Shown here piece after piece: positions 1-8,476 of a stretch of 25,016 nt of DNA (its first letter is position 1; the number at the start of each line of letters is the position of its first letter). The DNA comes from a virus (taxonomy: Duplodnaviria; Caudoviricetes), in the IMG/VR virus record IMGVR_UViG_3300035135_003292, positions 1 to 25,016 of that record; one strand, written 5' to 3'. The notes under the pieces are model-generated. The model was not told the DNA's origin and made no database searches. It worked only from the letters and a program-made list of their open reading frames with translations. Position numbers and translations under genes: made by a program.

Positions 1-438
1 ATCATTTTCAGCGTAGTTTCCTAATACACTCTCATTAGAATCAGTCGGCCTAAAATCAATCGCACCTAAGGCAGAAAGCCATTTAAAGAAGATTTTTTCA
101 GCGTCTGATTGTAAAATGACTGGATCATAATCGTCATCCCCTAAAAGAAGTTCTTCTAAGTTAAGTGCGTAATTTTGAAAGGTTTGTGCGAAGTCAACAT
201 TCGGCATCGAAGCAACATAAGGCTGACCAGAAGCTTGTTTTAAATTAAGCTCATAATCAATCGTATTAGAACCGTTAACAGATTGGGTAAAGTCTGGTAA
301 GTCCAGTAAAGCGTATTTACTAAACTCAAACTTAATATCTGGGTTGTTAAAGGCCCTAGTTATGTCTCTCGCTGAAGATGCGAACGCATACATCGTGCCA
401 CCTTGCGGCTGAGGTATTCTAACTAAAGGAGTAGCCAT
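1..438 (-). CDS. Hypothetical virion structural protein, 5' part only (runs off the window)
   Basis: Not in the ORF track. ATG at 438 after an A-rich leader, open to position 1: MATPLVRIPQPQGGTMYAFASSARDITRAFNNPDIKFEFSKYALLDLPDF...; follows the baseplate genes in the same orientation. Confidence 0.75.
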   Translation of the reverse strand, partial: MATPLVRIPQPQGGTMYAFASSARDITRAFNNPDIKFEFSKYALLDLPDFTQSVNGSNTIDYELNLKQASGQPYVASMPNVDFAQTFQNYALNLEELLLGDDDYDPVILQSDAEKIFFKWLSALGAIDFRPTDSNESVLGNYAEND

Positions 439-459
439 TTATCTTTTTATCAATTTTGT

Positions 460-1032
460 TTATTGGATTGTAGCTGCGTGCGAGCTAACTACGTACCATT
501 TATCGCTAAAACATCTTAAAGTTACTGAAGAGTTTGCCGCATCTAAAGAAATAGAAGTAGCGCCTAAAGTAACACCTGCTCCGGTTAAAATTGAAACTGC
601 AGCTGAAGCTGTAGATCCAACGATTACCGTTACTTCTTGACCGTCATCACCTGAAGGCAATGTAAAGGCCGCATCAACAAAATAAGTTGAAGCTTCAAGT
701 GTAGTCGGCTGCAAAGTTGCAGTCGGAGCAACTGTGGTACCTACAACACCGCTCTTAATAACTTTACCACCCATTGTGATAGCATTATTAAATGCAAAGT
801 CAGTGTTGATAACGCCACCGTTACCATTAACTTGGAGAAGGTTTAAGTTGTTTTGCGAAACAGTAATAGCCGCCGTTGTAATATTAGAAACTCCACTTAA
901 AACCTGAGTTGTTGGGTTTAAGAGAGAAATTACACTAGCTAACTCATCGTTCAATAACTCAAAATTGGTATTGATAATTGGTCTTGACGAAGATACCGAG
1001 TCAGTACCTAAGATTTCAGTAATGTTTGCCAT
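460..1032 (-). CDS. Putative baseplate/tail-fibre connector, T4 gp9/gp10-like
   Basis: N-terminal 'DSVSSSRPIINTNFELLNDEL' resembles the INxNFxxL helix of gp9/fibre N-termini; C-terminal 'FTLPSGDDGQEVTVIV...SVTLRCFSDKWYVV' is beta-sandwich-like; lies after the wedge genes. Confidence 0.5.
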   Translation of the reverse strand: MANITEILGTDSVSSSRPIINTNFELLNDELASVISLLNPTTQVLSGVSNITTAAITVSQNNLNLLQVNGNGGVINTDFAFNNAITMGGKVIKSGVVGTTVAPTATLQPTTLEASTYFVDAAFTLPSGDDGQEVTVIVGSTASAAVSILTGAGVTLGATSISLDAANSSVTLRCFSDKWYVVSSHAATIQ

Positions 1033-1041
1033 TTTCTTTGT

Positions 1042-3795
1042 TTATTTTACTTTTAACATGTTTCGTTTTACAACGTTCTTATTACCATATGTGTCTTCAG
1101 CTTCAAGTTCAATCGAGTAATATCCCGGATGTTTGAAAATGTATGTAAGCCACATATTATTATAGTATATATCAGTGATTTCTGGGTTAGTTATATTTTG
1201 AATTCTCCAAATAGCGTTCTTAGCGCCTGGAAATTTAGAAATATCAGTAGAAATCGTTACGTGAGTTGATCTTTCAACTTCAGCAAAACTCTTAAATACT
1301 CGAGTATCGTCCCATGTAGGATTGTAATGTACAACATGGGTTTCACCAGACACTGCTGAGTTACTAGATGGATTTGCTTTTACTATGTATACATTCGAGT
1401 AATCGTACGTATATGAGTATTCCCAACCAACTGCTAAAATAAATCTAAAAATATCTGAAGCCAGTGGATTCGTTCCATCAGTGTCCTCAAATATTGCATT
1501 GTAATTAAATTTACTAATAATAGGGTCAGTACTATCATTTAATTCATTCATAATAGCATTCCAACCACCAATATCAGAATAATTTGAGGGTGTTGGTGAC
1601 GCAATAGTATGCGTTGCTGTAGTAACTTCTTTAGTAATTGGATTTGTATGCTCAATCACTAATTGATCACCTTGTTCAATATGATCTATTTTAAAGCTCG
1701 CTGTTAAATCAGAACCAACTCTCATAGCTTTCCACCATAAGTGCTTAGTGTCATTCCATCTAAAATCACATTCATCCCATTGATATGGCCCAGTAGTTTC
1801 ACTAAAACCATCTTCTGAGTAAATATCAAAGTATCTTCTAACGGTTGAGAATCTAACACCTTGATCATCTTCCATGTGAACGTAATTTGCTCTATCTAGA
1901 GTCAAATAAAGAGTAGCAATGCTATCATCAATCTTTGTCAAATTGTCTTGTGCAAAATCCCAATAACCACCACTTTCTCTCCAGTCTAAAACTTTATCAT
2001 TCCAAGTAGTGTCTTCTTTCCACTTGTAAATACCATATAGTTCAAGTTCTTTGAGTCTAACGTCAATAAAGTCGTCCTTTCTATAATGTGATCTATGACC
2101 AAATAAGTCATATGTTCTAAACTCTACATTATATTTGCCACTATATGGTAAATTTAGAGGTAAAACTAAAAAGTCGTCGATTGGTCCTCTAAATGATTGA
2201 TTGTATCCTCTTTCATGATTAGTAACGACCCATTCAACTTCATAAACCCAACGTTTCCACCAGTTATCCCATGTAACTTTAAGATTTGAGTTAGCGTCCA
2301 TTGCATCTTCCCATGTAAAGTTAGCTTCATCCCAAATATCATCAAATGTCAAAGTACCGTCTAAAGTTACAGGAGCACCGATAGGAATATTTTGATTATA
2401 TGAGTGTAACTCTCTGTTATAATAGGTTTCGTAAAATTCTTTATAGATCGATTTAAGTTCTATACGCTGGGCTTCAGTTAATTGATCTTCAGTCCCAGGA
2501 ATCATGTTCAAGAATAAATCATAATTCGAAGTAAGATCGTTTTGATCTAGCATTGACTTTAAAACCATTGAGGTGTCCTCGATAAAAATAGGACGCTCTT
2601 TAGGGTGCATTTCAAATTTAATATCATGTCCTTCACTAAAGAAACCAATACCATTTTGAATGTTCCAAACATTTAGGTTTTTCTGAGCAAAGTAATCACC
2701 TTCGCCAGTAATATCAATAATCTTAGCATTAAGAGGTAAATACTCTCGCTGTAACTTATTTTTTAGACCGTATAATTTGATGATAACCTCATCTGGTGTA
2801 TAGTCAAATACTTCATCAACATTCGGAATATCCCAGTAATCAAAGGTGCCATTAGGCTCATTTAATCTGTAAACTAAAGAGAATCTACTTGTCTTTTTAG
2901 TTGTGTTACTAGGTACTTTGAAGCGCATCTTCTTGCGGATCATCTCGCCTCTCTTAGATGCATTTGGCACTGGCACGGCATAGAGTTTACCAAAGCTATT
3001 GCTTGATTTATCTACATTGATCCAATACTCTTTAAGTGTAATTCTATCATAACCAAAAAAGTCGATCGCATTTAAAATAGCTTTATATGTGCCAACAAAA
3101 GGCTTAATGTTATGAAGTTCTAATAGTAGCTCCTTTCTTTTTTGATTAAGTAATACATAATCTGGTGACATTTCACTAATATCATGGTCCTTAAACAATA
3201 AAAAGTCGCCTTCATCTAATGTCGCACCAAAGTTTTGAAGTAGAGTTTTAAGTCTTTCATCTTCAGCCTCAACTTCACCATAAAATTGAATTGAAGCGAT
3301 TAGAGTTTCTGTACCATTAACTGACTCATACACTTCCAATGTTCTTCTGTGTGGACCCTCTATTTTAGAGCTAAGTGCTATGTTTACTTGAAGTGCTACG
3401 TTTTGTTTTGTGTTTACTTCTCTAACACCATTCACATCAAATCCTGGAGAAACTGAGCTATCAATTAGATCATGTCTAACCTCGGTAAGATTTTCTATTT
3501 TATACATGCCATCATCTAATTTAGCTGAGTATAAAATAATATCTTGAGATTCGCCTAAGTCATTTTGTTTCCACTTAAAAACAAACTGGGTTGGATCAAC
3601 TGATTCTGCAACTGGTGTATTCGGCGTTAAATCACCCAAATACTTACACTCTTCTAAAACAAAAAGGTTGACAGTTTCATATAATTGCACAGAAACTTCA
3701 GGCATGTAAATTCTACCGGCCCAAACGCCTTGTGAGTTTTTAACCAAGTTTAAATCTGTGGTTAACCCATTAAAAAATCTTAGGTTATTGTACAT
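1042..3795 (-). CDS. Large baseplate wedge protein (gp7/P2 gpI-like core) with PKD/Ig-like segments and Trp-periodic repeats
   Basis: 'IKPFVGTYKAILNAIDFFGYDRITLKEYW' matches the KGT..a...l...G....i.E.W pattern of gpI/gp7-like wedge proteins; 'LPYSGKYNVEFRTYDLFG' and 'FKHPGYYSIELEAEDTYGN' are PKD-like; downstream of a gp6-like gene. Confidence 0.55.
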   Translation of the reverse strand: MYNNLRFFNGLTTDLNLVKNSQGVWAGRIYMPEVSVQLYETVNLFVLEECKYLGDLTPNTPVAESVDPTQFVFKWKQNDLGESQDIILYSAKLDDGMYKIENLTEVRHDLIDSSVSPGFDVNGVREVNTKQNVALQVNIALSSKIEGPHRRTLEVYESVNGTETLIASIQFYGEVEAEDERLKTLLQNFGATLDEGDFLLFKDHDISEMSPDYVLLNQKRKELLLELHNIKPFVGTYKAILNAIDFFGYDRITLKEYWINVDKSSNSFGKLYAVPVPNASKRGEMIRKKMRFKVPSNTTKKTSRFSLVYRLNEPNGTFDYWDIPNVDEVFDYTPDEVIIKLYGLKNKLQREYLPLNAKIIDITGEGDYFAQKNLNVWNIQNGIGFFSEGHDIKFEMHPKERPIFIEDTSMVLKSMLDQNDLTSNYDLFLNMIPGTEDQLTEAQRIELKSIYKEFYETYYNRELHSYNQNIPIGAPVTLDGTLTFDDIWDEANFTWEDAMDANSNLKVTWDNWWKRWVYEVEWVVTNHERGYNQSFRGPIDDFLVLPLNLPYSGKYNVEFRTYDLFGHRSHYRKDDFIDVRLKELELYGIYKWKEDTTWNDKVLDWRESGGYWDFAQDNLTKIDDSIATLYLTLDRANYVHMEDDQGVRFSTVRRYFDIYSEDGFSETTGPYQWDECDFRWNDTKHLWWKAMRVGSDLTASFKIDHIEQGDQLVIEHTNPITKEVTTATHTIASPTPSNYSDIGGWNAIMNELNDSTDPIISKFNYNAIFEDTDGTNPLASDIFRFILAVGWEYSYTYDYSNVYIVKANPSSNSAVSGETHVVHYNPTWDDTRVFKSFAEVERSTHVTISTDISKFPGAKNAIWRIQNITNPEITDIYYNNMWLTYIFKHPGYYSIELEAEDTYGNKNVVKRNMLKVK

Positions 3796-4061
3796 TATCT
3801 AATGTATTTGTCGTCTTTTTTCACAGTGTAGTTTTTATAACTCTTTAAAACTTTAACACCTTTTAATAGGTTAAAAATATAGTCATCAATAAAAACTAAA
3901 AAGTCATTTAAAGTTTGATTTCTAACAATGTGTCTTGAAAGCATTTTACCCATAAAAGACCCTTGTGTGTAATCATATCCCACATTTAATCTAGAGTCCT
4001 TTCTAGATTTGGTCTTATCATAGATCTTTGTTCTTTTATATAAAAATAGATTATCAAACAT
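3795..4061 (-). CDS. Small hypothetical protein, probably baseplate-associated
   Basis: 88 aa, coupled to both neighbours by TAATG stop/start overlaps. Confidence 0.65.
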   Translation of the reverse strand: MFDNLFLYKRTKIYDKTKSRKDSRLNVGYDYTQGSFMGKMLSRHIVRNQTLNDFLVFIDDYIFNLLKGVKVLKSYKNYTVKKDDKYIR

Positions 4062-5890
4062 TATCTAAGTGCTTTTCTATTTCCAGCCTGTACTCTAGTG
4101 TAAATTGTTCTAGGCACAGGATTTCCGTCGAAGTTAATACTTAGTGCCGCTTCGGCGTTGATCAATACATCGTCAACGATTTCGTCTCCGTCTCTGTCTT
4201 GCCATCCGCCTCTAAATACAGCAACTTCTTCTTTTTCCATAATAATATCACCCCATTGATCAAGTCCCTTGACTGTTTCTGGAATAATAGTTGTTTCATC
4301 AACATCTACGGTTTCAACTTCTTCAATACGCTTAAAGAAAACGTATTTTTGTTTACCATTACCGACAGTTTCTAAAGTTACGGGCTCTTGTGGTACCACA
4401 GTTGTGGTTACAGATTCAAAATAACCAAGTCTTCTAGCAGTCTCTTCGGTTTCTGAAATAAATCTAACGTTAACGGCATCGATACCTTCAATCTCTTCTA
4501 AGATATACACAATATCAGATTTTGGTAATTTATCTCTTCTAGTAATATTTAATAAATATGTACTGATACGTTCTCTGATTTCAGTCGCAAGTTCTTCTTT
4601 AGTGAAACCCTCAAAGTATCTAATATTTACATCCATACTGTACTTTCTAATTTGAGGTTTAACAAAGACAACTTCAGTAGTTACCATTTGCTGACCGCTA
4701 TCTTGAAGCACTTGATACATTTTGTCATACTCATTTTGATCAAAGAACATTTCTTGCTGTGGAATTGAGAAGTAGTCTTGACCACTTGCCAATTTCTTTC
4801 TAACATCAGGCACTGCGAAAATATAGATCACGTTATCGTCATCTAGGTATTGATCATCGGTTGTATTATATGCATCAATATATGAGAATAAACCATATCT
4901 TGATAGGAAATATTCGTAATTATCGGGTGTTGCTAAAACAAACGATTTACTAGCAAGCGGAGTCATAACTTTAGTAAAGACAGTTGACTCTTTGTCAGCG
5001 CCCATTTTTGGTGAAGACGTAATGGTTACATCTAAGAATTGGTTAAGATCGTGCATTTCGCCCAATGAATCTTCACCTTCAGCATCCCATTTAACAGTTA
5101 AGTCTGCACCATCAGGTAAGTTACCGGTTGGTCCAACATGCTTAACATATTCAACTTCTATCTCAGAACCGCTTGGAGGCATCATACCAAATGCTTCATT
5201 ACCAAAATAAATGTCTAACCCTCCAGAAATACCCGTTTTAAGTAAGTAGCCTTTTTCATTTCTTTGCAAATCATAAAGTGATTCGTGTTTAGTCCACTTT
5301 TCACCATTAACACTTACACTTACTTTACTGTGATCAGAAAGGCCTCGAGTTTGTACGTTAAATGATTGTAATGCAGTGCCTAAACCTGTAAACTTTTGTG
5401 ACTCAAATTCACCTTGAATAATAGCGGTTTTAATTGATAATTTATTAGTTTTTTCTAGTCTAAATCTATCTTTATCAGTAAGCAACGTGTATATTAAACC
5501 GTTTGCATCAAACTTAAGTTTAGCTCTAGAGTCAATAGTTAAACCAGTACCTGCGATTTTACTAAAATCTGCACCTGGCTTCCATCTAAATTCAATTTCA
5601 CCTGTCGCCGCAAAACCTCTAGTCGCATCATGACCAGTCAATCTTGAAAGTCCATAAATAGACTCAGGTTGTTGAGCAGTGTAAATGTTTTGTTCAACTG
5701 TAGCATCTTCGATATAGAACATAATCAATTCAGCTATCTCAGATAAGACTGAAAGAATTTGAGCAAATGGAGAAGCCTCAGTAAAAAGTGTGTTTGCACG
5801 CTTATAGACCCTAGTAATATAGGTTCTAGCATCGTCTCTAATTTGAGATGCAGAAGATCTAAGTGTGCTTAAAAATTTTAATTCAGCCAT
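4061..5890 (-). CDS. Baseplate wedge subunit, T4 gp6 / baseplate J-like
   Basis: N-terminal 'ELIMFYIEDATVEQNIYTAQQPESIYGLSRLTGHDATRGFAATGEIEF', central 'IYFGNEAFGMMPPSGSEIEVEY' and 'LATPDNYEYFL' are typical gp6 motifs; follows a gp25-like gene. Confidence 0.85.
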   Translation of the reverse strand: MAELKFLSTLRSSASQIRDDARTYITRVYKRANTLFTEASPFAQILSVLSEIAELIMFYIEDATVEQNIYTAQQPESIYGLSRLTGHDATRGFAATGEIEFRWKPGADFSKIAGTGLTIDSRAKLKFDANGLIYTLLTDKDRFRLEKTNKLSIKTAIIQGEFESQKFTGLGTALQSFNVQTRGLSDHSKVSVSVNGEKWTKHESLYDLQRNEKGYLLKTGISGGLDIYFGNEAFGMMPPSGSEIEVEYVKHVGPTGNLPDGADLTVKWDAEGEDSLGEMHDLNQFLDVTITSSPKMGADKESTVFTKVMTPLASKSFVLATPDNYEYFLSRYGLFSYIDAYNTTDDQYLDDDNVIYIFAVPDVRKKLASGQDYFSIPQQEMFFDQNEYDKMYQVLQDSGQQMVTTEVVFVKPQIRKYSMDVNIRYFEGFTKEELATEIRERISTYLLNITRRDKLPKSDIVYILEEIEGIDAVNVRFISETEETARRLGYFESVTTTVVPQEPVTLETVGNGKQKYVFFKRIEEVETVDVDETTIIPETVKGLDQWGDIIMEKEEVAVFRGGWQDRDGDEIVDDVLINAEAALSINFDGNPVPRTIYTRVQAGNRKALR

Positions 5891-5891
5891 T

Positions 5892-6248
5892 TTACCTAAT
5901 ATTTATTTGTACTAAATATTTACTATCTATTGTAATATCTATGTACGCAATGTCTCTAACTTCACCTTTAAAAAAGCTAACCTTAGAAACAACATTATAT
6001 TTGCCTGCCAATGGGCAGTAACTTCTTATTTGAGAATCTATTACATTTTTAATAGCCGACTCAGTTTGATTTAATTCATAAATCATATCTTCTAATGCAC
6101 AACCAAAATCAGGTGATCCTAAAACGTCACCAGTATTAGTAAACAGTGTCGTCTCAATTTGAGTAATTAACTGCTCTATCTCGCCGTTGTTTTGAACTTG
6201 ATCGGCTTGATAGTTAGGGTCGCCTATGTATTTAATGTAAAATTCCAT
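5892..6248 (-). CDS. Baseplate wedge/sheath initiator, T4 gp25 (gpW/GPW_gp25)-like
   Basis: 118 aa with 'IETTLFTNTGDVLGSPDFGCALEDMIYE', matching the gp25 LxTxxGE...PdFG..L...lfE motif. Confidence 0.88.
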   Translation of the reverse strand: MEFYIKYIGDPNYQADQVQNNGEIEQLITQIETTLFTNTGDVLGSPDFGCALEDMIYELNQTESAIKNVIDSQIRSYCPLAGKYNVVSKVSFFKGEVRDIAYIDITIDSKYLVQINIR

Positions 6249-6249
6249 T

Positions 6250-6261
6250 TATATATGTATC
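6250..6261 (-). promoter_or_regulatory. Variant late-promoter-like motif (GATACATATATA)
   Basis: Near-match to the recurrent GATATATA motif in the short spacer before the gp25-like ATG. Confidence 0.35.
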
Positions 6262-6269
6262 TGATTTTT

Positions 6270-7112
6270 TTAGCTGTGGAACATCCAATCGACTCCTTCG
6301 TCGCCTTTGATTTCTTCCTCAATCGCAGCTAATTCTTCATCACCCATATCTTTGATAGCACCGTAATCAAATTCAACATTACCAGGTAGCGCGAACTTAA
6401 AGATACCTAGCTTAGCCCCTAATGACTGTTTGATCTTAGCACTAATATATCTAAAGAAAATCTCATCATCGTAAAGGGCACAGTCTGGTAAAGTTTCATA
6501 AACCTCTAGAATAACATCGCCTTTAGGTGTATCACCCATAAACTTAAGCTCGCCTGTCAATCTTGAATACTGATAAGAAATAGGGTTTTCAAGAATCATT
6601 CTAGACATATCAGCTAAACTGGCATTTAGAACATAGTACTGTAATTCTTCTGCAGCTTCAGCTGGGCCTGAACCATCATACATACCTCTAAATAACATTT
6701 TTTCAATAGCAAAATCAGCACCACCTTGGAATCTCATATCCATTCCCATGCCAGTCGAATTCCAACCACTTGCCAAATCATGAACGCCATAGACTGAGTA
6801 AACAGCACCGCCGCCATCAACACCAGGGCCTGGCAAGTTTAATGTACGATTATTTTTAAAATACTCGCTACTAAAGACACTATTAGGAATATGGTAATAG
6901 TTTTCTTTTACTGAATCCTCATATTTTTTATAGAACCATTTTTTAGCTCTTTTAATAATGTTAACTACCTCTCTTTGTGGTAAATTAACAGGGACCATAC
7001 AAGCGCCGGTAATCTCATCACCTATTTCGGTTAAAAATGCATTCAAACAGTTTTCACCAAAATCTCTAGGAGTAGTTAGATTATTTTCGCTACCGCTTCT
7101 AATTTCGCTCAT
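6270..7112 (-). CDS. Neck/head-completion protein, T4 gp13-like
   Basis: C-terminal 'YISAKIKQSLGAKLGIFKFALPGNVEFDYGAIKDMGDEELAAIEEEI' parallels the gp13 'YATALAK..G..L......LPGGVTIDG..L.EEA..E..L.EEL' motif; size fits. Confidence 0.75.
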   Translation of the reverse strand: MSEIRSGSENNLTTPRDFGENCLNAFLTEIGDEITGACMVPVNLPQREVVNIIKRAKKWFYKKYEDSVKENYYHIPNSVFSSEYFKNNRTLNLPGPGVDGGGAVYSVYGVHDLASGWNSTGMGMDMRFQGGADFAIEKMLFRGMYDGSGPAEAAEELQYYVLNASLADMSRMILENPISYQYSRLTGELKFMGDTPKGDVILEVYETLPDCALYDDEIFFRYISAKIKQSLGAKLGIFKFALPGNVEFDYGAIKDMGDEELAAIEEEIKGDEGVDWMFHS

Positions 7113-7115
7113 CTT

Positions 7116-8426
7116 TTATTTTATTTTTTTACTTACTACCACTTCAGTAGTATCATCTATTCTCGCCTCTTTGCCTAAGAAACCTTCTCTATAAATACCT
7201 CCAACCATTTTGCCTCTAAAGACTCCGTCTCTACCGAATACAAAACAATTGGTTGCAGTTACGCTACCATGAACATAACATGATTCAACCTTACTGTCTT
7301 TTATTTCAGCACCTTGATACAAGTTACATCTTACAATCATAGAGCCTTCAACTGTACCACCATAAATAGAAGCATTCATTACGTTACCTCTAATTTCACA
7401 ATCTATAAATTCAAAGCCATCGATGTTATATGCAGTTTTCATAACTCCATCTTTAACCTGAATTGTTGAATAATCAGAGTCATAGTTAATTGTACCGGCT
7501 TCTAAAGATCCGTCAACTATGAGATTTAATACTCGTTCTTTAATACGATCCCATTGTACCTTAATAATTTGATCATTATCCTGAAGGTCTACTAAAAGAT
7601 TAATCTTAGGCCAATACTTATTAAGTTTCTTATAGTCTCTAAGCATCTCAACAAGTGGTAAATTCTTGTTTAAGATTCTTTTTAATTCTATTCTATTTTC
7701 AGGTGTAAATCTTGGATCATTACATGAATTCCAAACTTGTAAAATAAAACGATCTAAGAGGTGTAAAATGGCCTCTTTTTTCTCGTGGTAATTTTCACCA
7801 CCTAGGTATCTAAACTCTAAATAGTTCTTCTCTTTTTTAGAGAAGTTAATGCCATAATATTTTGTGTCAGCAAATTTAAAGTTATTAGGTTCAATGTGAT
7901 CTTCGTCAAACCAGTATGCCTCTCTTTTTGGCATAATCCACTTAATACTTTTAGCATATGTAGAATTTTCACGATTAGGGAAGAATTTGTATATTCTAGC
8001 CTCATCAAATTCCAAAATAAATTTTAGAGTGTTCATCTTAGAAATCATCGTAGGATCTTCTAAGTACTGATTATCAAATGAAACGTTTAAGTGAATACTG
8101 GCTCTATCGTTTGTATAGCCATTCTCTTTGATCCAATTAAGCATCTTAATGATGACAATCCTGGTATTTCTATAAGGCATTGCACCAGTAACCAGCTCGA
8201 TAAGCCCTTTACCACCTGACATATCAGGTTCCAATTTAAAGACTTTATCATCAGGTTGAAAGTCTGAATGAGCTTTATCCTCTAGTTGAATCTTTCTTCC
8301 TAAAAGTTCAGATAATGACTTTTTGGTCTCTTCTAACTCTAGGTTGGAATAAAACTCGAACTCCACGCCCACGAGCGCAGAGTTCAAGAGTTGTTCCCTA
8401 GTAGAATTTTTATTTAGCTTTTGCAT
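7116..8426 (-). CDS. Putative amidoligase (COOH-NH2 ligase, Amidoligase_2-like) with C-terminal beta-helix-like domain
   Basis: Motifs 'VGVEFEF', 'EPDMSG...IELVT', 'TNDRASIHLNVS', 'KYYGINF' and 'YLEFRYLGG' occur in the expected order; the last ~110 aa are short G/C/V/I-rich repeats. Confidence 0.75.
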   Translation of the reverse strand: MQKLNKNSTREQLLNSALVGVEFEFYSNLELEETKKSLSELLGRKIQLEDKAHSDFQPDDKVFKLEPDMSGGKGLIELVTGAMPYRNTRIVIIKMLNWIKENGYTNDRASIHLNVSFDNQYLEDPTMISKMNTLKFILEFDEARIYKFFPNRENSTYAKSIKWIMPKREAYWFDEDHIEPNNFKFADTKYYGINFSKKEKNYLEFRYLGGENYHEKKEAILHLLDRFILQVWNSCNDPRFTPENRIELKRILNKNLPLVEMLRDYKKLNKYWPKINLLVDLQDNDQIIKVQWDRIKERVLNLIVDGSLEAGTINYDSDYSTIQVKDGVMKTAYNIDGFEFIDCEIRGNVMNASIYGGTVEGSMIVRCNLYQGAEIKDSKVESCYVHGSVTATNCFVFGRDGVFRGKMVGGIYREGFLGKEARIDDTTEVVVSKKIK

Positions 8427-8429
8427 CTA

Positions 8430-8468
8430 AGAGTATGATATTACCGTTTGGATTATATATCACACTCT
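8430..8468 (-). repeat. 12-bp inverted repeat (RNA hairpin) covering the amidoligase translation-initiation region
   Basis: Minus-strand arms AGAGTGTGATAT (8468-8457) and ATATCATACTCT (8441-8430): 11 Watson-Crick pairs plus 1 G-U, 15-nt loop; the 3' arm ends 3 nt before the ATG at 8426. Confidence 0.75.
8454..8461 (-). promoter_or_regulatory. Putative late promoter (GATATATA)
   Basis: Exact recurrent intergenic octamer, ~28 nt upstream of the amidoligase ATG; resembles the T4 late -10 element TATAAATA. Confidence 0.55.
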
Positions 8469-8476
8469 CGTTCGAG

